Shown here piece after piece: positions 8,800-17,287 of a DNA stretch of 64,000 bases. The notes beneath the pieces are model-generated. The model searched no databases. It was not told the DNA's origin and saw nothing but the letters and a program-made list of their open reading frames with translations. This DNA is from Nostoc sp. DedSLP03 (GTDB taxonomy: Bacteria; Cyanobacteriota; Cyanobacteriia; Cyanobacteriales; Nostocaceae). The translations under genes were made by a program, and so were the position numbers. Location: the NCBI RefSeq assembly GCF_034530815.1, contig NZ_JAVRCK010000006.1, forward strand, positions 8,988-72,987, written 5' to 3'. How positions within the stretch are numbered: the first letter of the stretch is position 1; each line of letters opens with the position of its first letter.

Positions 8800-9522
8800 T
8801 TAGTGTTGAAGTTCCAAACCTGCTGCTCCATCCAGCAGCCACCAAAGTTCTCCTTGGGGCTGAATTAAACGGGATGGGTAAGTAAAGTCATCGGCTACAG
8901 GTGCAAAAACTTGCGCTAAAGCTGGTCGTTTATTAGCACCAGCAACCAGAAAAATCACGCTACGAGCAGAGTTGATGAAGGGGTAGGTGAAACTTATCCT
9001 GGGGTTTCCGTCTTTATTACCCACAGTCACAAGGCGATCGCGTACTTTCAGAGCCTCTGTGTGGGGAAACAAAGATGCAGTATGTGCATCATCACCCATT
9101 CCTAGTAATACTACATCCAAGGGGGGAAACTCGACCCCAGAAGAATGGAAAAATTCTTTGAGATGTTGTTCATATTTGGCAGCAGCCAGTTCTGGATTGG
9201 CTTCTAAAGTTGGTACGGGGTGAATGTTAGCCGCTGGGATGTCAACACGATCTAGCCACGCACGACGCGCCATCAGTTCATTGCTATCGGGGCGATCTGG
9301 TGGTACATAACGCTCATCTCCCCAGAATATATGAATTTTATCCCAAGGCAGTTTTTGAGTAGCGATCGCTTCGTATAACGGTTTAGGTGTACTGCCGCCA
9401 GATAAGGCGATAGTAAACTGCCCCCGCTGCTCAATGGCAGTTTCTAACTTGGACAGAATTAATTCTAGCGCTCGTGCAACCAGCGCCGGCTGATCCGGTA
9501 GAACTTCAACAGTTTTGTTCAT
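8800..9522 (-). CDS. pgl: 6-phosphogluconolactonase
   Basis: 240-aa ORF with typical Pgl/DevB motifs (FTIALSGGSTPKPLYE, WGDERYVP, LLGMGDDAHTASLFP). Confidence 0.9.
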   Translation of the reverse strand: MNKTVEVLPDQPALVARALELILSKLETAIEQRGQFTIALSGGSTPKPLYEAIATQKLPWDKIHIFWGDERYVPPDRPDSNELMARRAWLDRVDIPAANIHPVPTLEANPELAAAKYEQHLKEFFHSSGVEFPPLDVVLLGMGDDAHTASLFPHTEALKVRDRLVTVGNKDGNPRISFTYPFINSARSVIFLVAGANKRPALAQVFAPVADDFTYPSRLIQPQGELWWLLDGAAGLELQH

Positions 9523-9794
9523 GGCTTCATCATCATATTGCTGGCTTCTGGCAATACAATACCGAACTTATTACAATCCCCCTTTTTAACTTTTGAAACA
9601 TTTAACATCGTGGATTAAGTAAGCTGGAAAATATAGACCCTCCTTATCACCTTTTACCGTAAGTTGTCAGTAGTGAGTCGTACCAACTACTAACCACTCT
9701 AATGATTATTTTTATTTACATCCAGTTACTTGATACTTTGTTGATTCACGCCACAAAGCATACATTTATTAATTCTTATTAAAAATTAATAGAA

Positions 9795-10538
9795 CTAATC
9801 GATCGCAAACAACTTTTCCCAGTCAGGAATCGCTTCACGTTGGGCAATCAACAATTCCTGAATTCCTTTTTGGGCGACATCTAGCAGTTGATCCAACTGA
9901 GTGCGGCTAAAGCTGCCTTCTTCGGCTGTTCCTTGGACTTCAATGATTCCCAGATGTTGATTCATCACCACGTTAAAATCTACTGTTGCAGCCACATCTT
10001 CGATATAATTTAGATCCAAAAATGGCTCTTTCTCCAGTAATCCTACGGAAACTGCTGCTACCTGTCCACACAAAGGCGATCGCTCCAACACACCTTCTTG
10101 CAACAATTTGGAAATTGCATGAGCCAACGCCACAAACGAGCCTGTAATGGCTGTTGTTCGAGTTCCGGCATCTGCTTGCAACACATCAGCATCTACAGTC
10201 AGCGTGCGTTCTCCCAGTGCCTCAAAATCCACTGCGGCGCGTAAGCTACGTCCAATTAGACGTTGAATTTCTTGCGTCCGTCCAGATAATTTCAATAATT
10301 CCCTTTCTTGGCGTTTTTGGGTAGCAGATGGTAGCATTCGGTACTCAGCAGTTAACCAGCCTTTACCAGTTCCTTCGAGAAACTTCGGAACTCCCTTATT
10401 AAAGCTAACAGTACAAAGTACCTGAGTATCACCGCATCTTGCGAGAACAGAACCGGGGGCAAAGCGGGTGAAACTGGGGTGAAAGCTAATCGGACGTAGT
10501 TCGTAGGGAATCCGACCATCAGGACGCTGCCAAGCCAT
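9795..10538 (-). CDS. rph: ribonuclease PH
   Basis: 247-aa ORF resembling RNase PH along its full length (RPDGR...GSVL...[13 protein letters not shown]...[15 protein letters not shown]...[13 protein letters not shown]). Confidence 0.92.
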   Translation of the reverse strand: MAWQRPDGRIPYELRPISFHPSFTRFAPGSVLARCGDTQVLCTVSFNKGVPKFLEGTGKGWLTAEYRMLPSATQKRQERELLKLSGRTQEIQRLIGRSLRAAVDFEALGERTLTVDADVLQADAGTRTTAITGSFVALAHAISKLLQEGVLERSPLCGQVAAVSVGLLEKEPFLDLNYIEDVAATVDFNVVMNQHLGIIEVQGTAEEGSFSRTQLDQLLDVAQKGIQELLIAQREAIPDWEKLFAID

Positions 10539-10590
10539 TGGAATTGCCTCAAGTTTTACAATACTGCCTTAAGATTACCTTAGTGTTATT

Positions 10591-10713
10591 AGGCATTGGT
10601 CAAACAGGGCATTGGCCAAACAGGGCATTGGGAAAGAGGAGGCAGGAAGCAGAAGTTCTAAAATGTTTGAATTTTGAATTTTGAATTTTGAATTGATTTC
10701 TCCCCTTCCTCTT
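10591..10713 (-). repeat. composite dispersed repeat, copy B (inverted relative to copy A)
   Basis: The reverse complement reads gaaggggagaaatcaattcaaaattcaaaattcaaaattcaaacatt..aacttctgcttcctgcctcctctttcccaatgccc, matching 8681-8787. GGCATTG-type units extend it to 10591. Confidence 0.8.
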
Positions 10714-11337
10714 CTAAGGAACTGAAAGCAGAGTCAAAATATTTTGCTGCACCATCTCTGGTGATTGGTCGCCGTTGATAGTCAATAAACAGCGACGACG
10801 GTCGTAATATTCTAGGATGGGAATGGTGCGATCGTAGAATAATTCTACACGGCGCTGGACGATTTCTGGTTGGTCATCTGGTAGCGATCGCCCCAAGGAT
10901 CGACTAACCATAACTGCTTCCGGGACTTGGAGATAAATTGCCCAATCTAGCTTTTGCCCTAAATCATCCAACAAAAAATCTAATTCTTCAGCTTGGAAGG
11001 CAGTACGGGGATAGCCTTCTAACACCCAATCGCAATTAATATCTGGTTGTCTGAGGCGTATTCGGATCAATTCAACGATCGTTTCGTCTGGAACTAACTC
11101 CCCTTTTTGCATGTAGGGCCGTGCGTGGTAGCCAAGTTCACTCAAGCTAGCGTAAACCGAAAGAGAAGTCCGGGGATCGGCTTCCAACCATCGAAATTCC
11201 GGTAGGGGCTGATTGCCAGATATTGCTTCTCGTAAAATCTCACCTGTGGAAATCAGAGGAATATCAAAGTATCTGCAAAGCCTTTGTGCTTGAGTGCTTT
11301 TTCCCGATCCTGAACCTCCCAGAATCACCAATCTCAC
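10714..11337 (-). CDS. adenylate kinase family protein (paralog with insertion)
   Basis: P-loop LGGSGSGKSTQ, then ISTGEILRE and GYPRT motifs. GTG start per ORF track. Confidence 0.75.
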   Translation of the reverse strand: MRLVILGGSGSGKSTQAQRLCRYFDIPLISTGEILREAISGNQPLPEFRWLEADPRTSLSVYASLSELGYHARPYMQKGELVPDETIVELIRIRLRQPDINCDWVLEGYPRTAFQAEELDFLLDDLGQKLDWAIYLQVPEAVMVSRSLGRSLPDDQPEIVQRRVELFYDRTIPILEYYDRRRCLLTINGDQSPEMVQQNILTLLSVP

Positions 11338-11783
11338 AACGATTTACTCCTCATCCTGTCAAATTCCCTACTAGCTAAGTCTGTTTTGCCCAAACAACCG
11401 ACAAATTTAATATTTAGCGATTTTTAGGCGTTGTGCCTAGCTTTTTTAAATAATTGGAACTAGAAATTTTATGTTTTCATTTTTACAACTCATTACAGAG
11501 AAAAGACGAAAACTTACAGCAGTTAGCGGTTTTATAAACTACATCTAGAAACGTTATATGCGTCTCTACAGGCTTTCGGGTTTTGTCTATGTACTTCATT
11601 TACCTGAAATCTGCTGTAAATTAAGCAGAACTCTTGACTTCAATACAAACCTAGTGTTGACTAAGAATGCAATTTGCCAAATCCACCACACCTGTGAAAA
11701 ACAGATTGATTATACAGGCAAATTTATCCGTTTCATCGCCAGTAATAACCCTTTACTTATTGTAGTTTTTTGAACTTAACTTT

Positions 11784-12320
11784 ATGGTTGCCCAGCTAGA
11801 AACTCAAAGTATCAATTCAACCCTTACTCTACCATATCCAGTTGAAGGTCTAGTGCAAGTTTTCACTAGCTCACATCGTAACTTTTTCACGAGTGTGATG
11901 GCTCAATCACTGAGAATAGCTGGACAAGGAACGCCAGTATTAATAGTACAGTTTCTGAAAGGAGGTATCCGCCAAGGACAAGATCGACCTATACAATTAG
12001 GACAAAATTTAGATTGGATTCGCTGTGATTTGCCTCGTTGTATCGATACACCACATTTAGACGATACAGAAAATCAAGCCTTACAAAAGCTGTGGCAGTA
12101 TACACAACAAGTTGTGTGTGAGAGTAAGTATTCTCTCGTGGTGTTAGATGAATTAAGTTTAGCGATTAACTTTGGTTTAATTTCTGAAACAGAAGTTTTA
12201 GCGTTTTTGGCAAAACGCCCTCCCCACGTCGATATTATTCTCACAGGGCCAGAGATGCCGAAATACCTCCTCGATGTAGCAGATCAAATTACCGAAATCC
12301 GTCGGAGTTATCGACCTTAA
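11784..12320 (+). CDS. CobA/CobO/BtuR-like protein lacking the Walker A loop
   Basis: Resembles cob(I)alamin adenosyltransferase (VLIVQFLKGG, VVLDELSLAINFGLI, ILTGPEMP...ADQITEIR). SSHRNFFTS stands where GNGKGKTT is expected. Confidence 0.7.
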   Translation: MVAQLETQSINSTLTLPYPVEGLVQVFTSSHRNFFTSVMAQSLRIAGQGTPVLIVQFLKGGIRQGQDRPIQLGQNLDWIRCDLPRCIDTPHLDDTENQALQKLWQYTQQVVCESKYSLVVLDELSLAINFGLISETEVLAFLAKRPPHVDIILTGPEMPKYLLDVADQITEIRRSYRP

Positions 12321-12376
12321 ACAAAAGACTCAATTCAGGATATCCTAGTAATTCCGTTTGAATTAGCTGTGAAGTT

Positions 12377-12976
12377 GTGATTAAAAACGATATCTGGATT
12401 ACTGAAATGGCTCAACAGGGTTTAATTTCACCCTTTGAGCCAAGTTTAATCCGAAAAGTGCAAAAAGATGGATCGGTAGCAGTTAAACATGTAATTAGCT
12501 ACGGTTTATCTTCTTATGGCTACGATATACGCCTTTCTTCGGCCGAGTTCCGCATTTTTCGTCACATTCCCGGAACTGTGGTCGATCCCAAAAACTTTAA
12601 TCCTCAAAATCTGGAGCCAACAGCACTGCATACCGATGCTAATGGCAGTTATTTTATTTTACCTGCTCATTCCTATGGACTTGGGGTTGCTCTAGAAAAA
12701 CTAGAGGTTCCTGAAAATATTACTGTAATTTGTATTGGAAAATCTACGTATGCACGTTGTGGCATAATAGCAAACCTAACGCCTGCTGAGGCTGCATGGC
12801 GAGGTCATTTAACTTTAGAATTTTCTAATTCTTCCAGCGCAGACTGTCGCATTTACGCGGGGGAAGGAGTGGTGCAATTGCTATTTTTAGAAGGCGAACC
12901 CTGCGCTATTAGTTATGAAGCAAGACAGGGTAAATATCAAGATCAACTAGAGATTGTAACTCTAGCTAAAGTCTAA
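12377..12976 (+). CDS. dcd: dCTP deaminase
   Basis: 199-aa ORF with Dcd-type motifs (SYGYDIRL, GKSTYARCGI, EFSN). GTG start per ORF track. Confidence 0.88.
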   Translation: MIKNDIWITEMAQQGLISPFEPSLIRKVQKDGSVAVKHVISYGLSSYGYDIRLSSAEFRIFRHIPGTVVDPKNFNPQNLEPTALHTDANGSYFILPAHSYGLGVALEKLEVPENITVICIGKSTYARCGIIANLTPAEAAWRGHLTLEFSNSSSADCRIYAGEGVVQLLFLEGEPCAISYEARQGKYQDQLEIVTLAKV

Positions 12977-13080
12977 GTGACAAGAAACTAATCTTGCCTT
13001 ACTTAGATCCTGCTTTGCTTACCATTGTGCGATCGCTCTAAATCATACCCAAAAATAAAAGTGCGATCGCTTGCTTTATC

Positions 13081-14018
13081 CTACAAAACATTCCTTAACT
13101 CTTGAATTGTATTTGCTACAACAATCTTGCGTAAAATCTCTTTCAATTGCTCTAAGTTAGAAATTTGCGAAATTTGCGACATCAACTCCAAACCATCGCT
13201 GCCAAATTTCGCCTCTAAACTTGTTTCGATGCTAGAGATTATTCCACGTACTTCTCCTCTTGCTTCTCCTCTTGCTTCTCCTCTTGCTTCTCCTTCTGCT
13301 TGTCCTCGTGCTAGTCCCTCACGTAAAATTTCTTGATACCAAGGTGACTCTCTTAAGACTGTCATATCCCACCTCATGATTTCCTGAACTAAAGTACTTT
13401 CTAATACAAAGGTTGCAAAAAATGCTAGAACTGTCTCAAGTTGATTTAATTGCTCATCAGCACGCAGCATTCGCAATGCTTCCCTAATTGTAGACTCGTT
13501 TTCTCCGCCTTTGAGAATTGGTACAAAGGGAAGCAGCGACGGTAACGGTGTCTCAAAAGCAATATTTACATCAACCTCCCAAAGGTTGATTACGCGGTAG
13601 CCCTTAACCCGATAAAATTGGATGCAAAGCTTGTAGGTATTTCGCTGTTGCTGATTTTGAGAATGTTAATCAGTACAGGGTAGGTTTGTAGTTTATATTT
13701 CTCTTCCGCAAAAGCAGCATAAGCACGCATCCGACGCGGCATTTCTGATGTGTAGCGCAATTGTAACTCATTGAGAATGAGAAATTTACCGTATTGGGGA
13801 CTTTCAGCCTGAATTACAACATCGCTTTGCCGGCTAATCCATTGGAATTCTGTATTTAAGATTTCGCCTGTAACAATGTCGGAAATTCCTGTCACCCATT
13901 TTGCCCAATTATTTGGTGCAAGGCTGATTAATTTTTTAGTGCTAACATCGACAGCTTTGTTCATCAAAAAATATAGATGCGATCGCCCTAAATCAAACCC
14001 AGTAAATCCGAGGATCAT
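13081..14018 (-). pseudogene. Rpn-family / DUF4351 PD-(D/E)XK nuclease-like 'putative transposase', frameshifted
   Basis: Two ORFs in different frames (13590-14018 and 13081-13476). The upstream frame ends ..SNFIGLRATA*. The adjacent frame continues ..YRVINLWEVDVNIAFETPLPSLLPFVPILKGG..ALRMLRADEQL.., the arrangement I recall for intact cyanobacterial DUF4351 proteins. The C-terminus carries (GEAR)n and a DUF4351-like tail. The likely real start is the ATG at 13962-13964 (MNKAVDVS). Confidence 0.7.
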
Positions 14019-14065
14019 CGCTTCGCATTATCCTACCGCAAATTGTGTCAACTTTCAGCCATTAT

Positions 14066-14788
14066 CTAAGGTGCTAACCTGGCTTTACCTAGACGCTGTT
14101 TTTCATACCATTGTGCGATCGCAGGTGCCCAATCTTCAAAATGAGGCCACATCATTTCACACAACTTTTGAATTTCCAGTTGAGCATCTTTCTTATTTCT
14201 CAGGTCACAAAAATGCAAGAAAGACCTGAGATTGAAACTAACTACAAAATGCTGGCGATAATCAAAAGGTACTTTGCCTCTAGCGTGTTCTTCAGACATT
14301 CCCGCCTCAAAATCAGCTTTATATCGTTTAGCGGCTTCTAGACACCACTCCAAATCTGCTGTTCGTTGCTCTGGTGAATAGTAATACTTTTTACCTTGTC
14401 TATCAGTGTAATAACCAACGGGACGTAGATAAAAAACATCTTCTATGTCTTTCTTACCTTCTACCACGTCAATAAATTGGTTGCCTGTGTACCTAAAAGA
14501 TTGTACATCAAATGATACTCCTACCCGATGAGTCCGCGCCTGCTGCATCACACTGTGGGGAAAGTAGCCACAATTAAAAACAATCTGGGGATGCTCTAAA
14601 GGCCCATAGTGTCCCCTCTCTCCTGCTAAAAGCCGCTTAACAATTACTTCGCCGCTTTGTGATTCCGAGGGCCAGGAGTCGCGCTCATCAAACACGAACC
14701 CATCGGTATAGTCCTGGTGCATCGCGGCATAAATCACTTGCTGCGGGTTTGGTGTTTTGGCAATAACCTCTACTCGAAATCGATGCAT
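14066..14788 (-). CDS. thyX: FAD-dependent thymidylate synthase
   Basis: 240-aa ORF with a ThyX signature (QQARTHRVGVSFDVQSFRY, i.e. RHRxxS-type motif), plus LEHP and a conserved C-terminal half. Confidence 0.92.
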   Translation of the reverse strand: MHRFRVEVIAKTPNPQQVIYAAMHQDYTDGFVFDERDSWPSESQSGEVIVKRLLAGERGHYGPLEHPQIVFNCGYFPHSVMQQARTHRVGVSFDVQSFRYTGNQFIDVVEGKKDIEDVFYLRPVGYYTDRQGKKYYYSPEQRTADLEWCLEAAKRYKADFEAGMSEEHARGKVPFDYRQHFVVSFNLRSFLHFCDLRNKKDAQLEIQKLCEMMWPHFEDWAPAIAQWYEKQRLGKARLAP

Positions 14789-14974
14789 TAGCTGTTGGGG
14801 AATGGATTGGTGACTGGGATTGCTTAGACAGAGTACTTAGACATGGCTTTGAACTCGATTCATCATCATATCTCTTCTCTGGCTTGGACTTCTACTCGAT
14901 TAGATGAAGATACTTTACAAATGTTAATAACTTTGTTACAGTTATTTACATAAACAGAAGACAGGTAAAAACTC

Positions 14975-15190
14975 ATGCGTACAAGCACTGCTATAATTGA
15001 CGACCAAGGCAAACTGAACAACTTTGCGATCGAGCCAAAAGTATATGTAGATGAACAAGGCGATCGCACTGGTTTCACTCCTTATGCAGAAATGCTCAAC
15101 GGTCGTTTAGCAATGATTGGTTTTGTCTCTCTGATAGCATTAGAAGTATTCACAGGACACGGTATTGTTGGCGTTTTGGCAAATCTGTAA
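14975..15190 (+). CDS. hli: high-light-inducible protein (HLIP, one-helix CAB family)
   Basis: 71-aa ORF with the chlorophyll-binding helix motif [20 protein letters not shown]. Confidence 0.85.
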   Translation: MRTSTAIIDDQGKLNNFAIEPKVYVDEQGDRTGFTPYAEMLNGRLAMIGFVSLIALEVFTGHGIVGVLANL

Positions 15191-15224
15191 AAACTAATTT
15201 GTTTAATAACTCTCAAAAAATGAT

Positions 15225-15255
15225 AAGAGACGGTAAATTTACCGTCTCTTATTTT
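15225..15255 (+). terminator. rho-independent terminator of the HLIP gene
   Basis: Perfect 11-bp stem aagagacggta / taccgtctctt with a 4-nt loop, followed by attttat. Confidence 0.75.
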
Positions 15256-15334
15256 ATGGAAAACTTAGTGCTAGAGTGAAAATATACTGATAACAAAAAC
15301 CGTTAATTATCAGCGTAAAAATATTGGGTAAACT

Positions 15335-15916
15335 ATGGCTTTAACTGCTTCAACTATGTTGCCTCTAGGCACTAAAGCACCAGATTTTAATCTACCGGAA
15401 GTAGTATCTGGAAAAGCAACTTCACTTTCTACCTTTGCAGATAAAAAAGCATTGTTGGTAATGTTTATTTGTCGGCATTGCCCGTTTGTAAAACACGTCC
15501 AAAACGAATTAGTGCAGTTAGGAAGAGATTATTTTACAAGTGATTTAGCGATCGTTGCTATTAGTGCTAACGATGCAAAAAATTACCCAGATGATGCGCC
15601 AGAGTCGTTACAAGCATTTGCAACAGAACAAGGGTTTAATTTTACCTTATGTTACGACGAAAGCCAGGAAACAGCGAAGGCTTATACAGCAGCTTGTACA
15701 CCAGATTTTTTTGTATTTGATGGCGATCGCCAACTTGTTTATCGGGGACAATTAGATGATAGCCGCCCCAGTAACGGTAAACCCGTAACAGGTGCAGATT
15801 TACGCGCAGCCATTGAAGCAGTGCTAGCGGGTAAACCTGTTACAAGTGAGCAAAAGCCGAGTGTTGGTTGCAATATTAAATGGAAACCAGGAAACCAACC
15901 CAGTTATTTTGGTTAA
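15335..15916 (+). CDS. thioredoxin-fold thiol-disulfide oxidoreductase (AhpC/TSA-TlpA-like)
   Basis: 193-aa ORF with a CxxC motif (FICRHCPFVKH) in a redoxin-like context, then a conserved tail (CTPDFFVFD, VGCNIKW). Confidence 0.75.
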   Translation: MALTASTMLPLGTKAPDFNLPEVVSGKATSLSTFADKKALLVMFICRHCPFVKHVQNELVQLGRDYFTSDLAIVAISANDAKNYPDDAPESLQAFATEQGFNFTLCYDESQETAKAYTAACTPDFFVFDGDRQLVYRGQLDDSRPSNGKPVTGADLRAAIEAVLAGKPVTSEQKPSVGCNIKWKPGNQPSYFG

Positions 15917-15959
15917 GAGGGATTGGGCATTGGGCATTGGGCATGGGGCATTGGGCATT
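15917..15959. repeat. STRR-type heptamer array (GGGCATT x ~6)
   Basis: Direct reading: gagggattgggcattgggcattgggcatggggcattgggcatt. CCCTACT units follow at ~15975-15995. Confidence 0.85.
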
Positions 15960-16003
15960 ATAAAAACTTTTCCCTACTCCCTACTCCCTAGTGCCCACAT
16001 CTA

Positions 16004-16516
16004 TTAATGTTTAATTTCCAAATTCAGTATGTAGCATCCTAATTGGACTTTTTCTGCCCACAATTCATATTCCAGCCGCAAATTCTCTGGCAAGGGATGT
16101 CCGTTGAGAGTTAGGCTACGAGTAAAATTTCGTAAACGAATCGGATCGTTAGGTTGCAATGACTCAGTTGGCAACCAATAGCGACTAATGCCATAAACAC
16201 CCTGTTCCCAAAAGTGACGATAACTCACTTGAGCGTTACCTTGCATAGTCATGATGACTCGGTAAGGGGAAATCTCCAGCCACAAAATTCTGGGACTATT
16301 AGGGGCGTAAGCTTTGCTCTTGCTTTGAGGAAGTGTGTCTTCTGGACTTATGACACTCTCTACTTGGCAGCTAATTAAAGGCGGTGCGGTCATCAGTAAA
16401 TGAAACCGATCGGTATCCTTTTGATACAATGTCGCGGCAGTTTCGACAACAGACCAGATCGGCAGGTCAGTGGAAATAAGTGATAAGCACACGGGCTTGC
16501 GGTGATGGGTCAGCAT
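16004..16516 (-). CDS. hypothetical protein
   Basis: 170-aa ORF with no recognised motif. Coding-like composition. Confidence 0.45.
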   Translation of the reverse strand: MLTHHRKPVCLSLISTDLPIWSVVETAATLYQKDTDRFHLLMTAPPLISCQVESVISPEDTLPQSKSKAYAPNSPRILWLEISPYRVIMTMQGNAQVSYRHFWEQGVYGISRYWLPTESLQPNDPIRLRNFTRSLTLNGHPLPENLRLEYELWAEKVQLGCYILNLEIKH

Positions 16517-17287
16517 GGGAGCGATAAGGGCTAAAAGCTATTGAACAAAGTGAAATGAACACTCTAGCTGTCTAATAGGTCGGGCTAAGAAACTAAATAG
16601 TAAAACAGGCTTAATATTAATGAATCCGTTGATTTGTTAATAAGCTACACAAATCTGGATGAAACAGGTAAAATGTCAGCTTACACAGTATAAATGGTAC
16701 TTTTATCTAGAGAGAGCTAATTCGTAAGTAAAGCTTGTAAATATTCTAAGACTATAGCCTCAAAACAGTGGCAGTCGTTTTAGATGCTAAAAACCTTTTT
16801 CAGGGAGACTTACCGTAGATTGGAGTAAGTTTCATAAAGCCAAAAGCAATAGGATACTAGGAAGGAAGTCACCAGAAGCGACAAACTAAGTCGCTGATGA
16901 ACTTCCGGTGTATTCAAAAGCCAGTGTATCCTAATGTCGGCTTCTGTTATATCCGTAGAAACTCACGAAAACCTTTCTCACCAAAATATTGCTGAGTAAA
17001 AAGTACAATTCATTGACTCAGGAATATTTTGGTCTGCCCATTGCGCATCTCGCAGAGGCTGAAGCTCCATAAAAAATTATTCTGATTTATTTATTCATTA
17101 CCGATGCCATTACACCTGTGAACAAGTCATGAGTGTTACAGGCTGGTACTTATTTGGGAATACTTTTATAGGAGTGATAAGAAAGGCATCGCACTAACAT
17201 TTTCAATTCAAATGTACTACGTCACCATCACTCTCCTTTTACAAAAAATACCTATCAATACTCACTAATCTACCAGGAGCAAGCAAG

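Noticed and set aside
11558-11773. 71-aa ORF in the divergent spacer between the adenylate-kinase-like and CobA-like genes.
   Set aside because: It has no motif, an AT-rich composition and Cys/His-rich random-looking sequence. The region is more likely promoter DNA.
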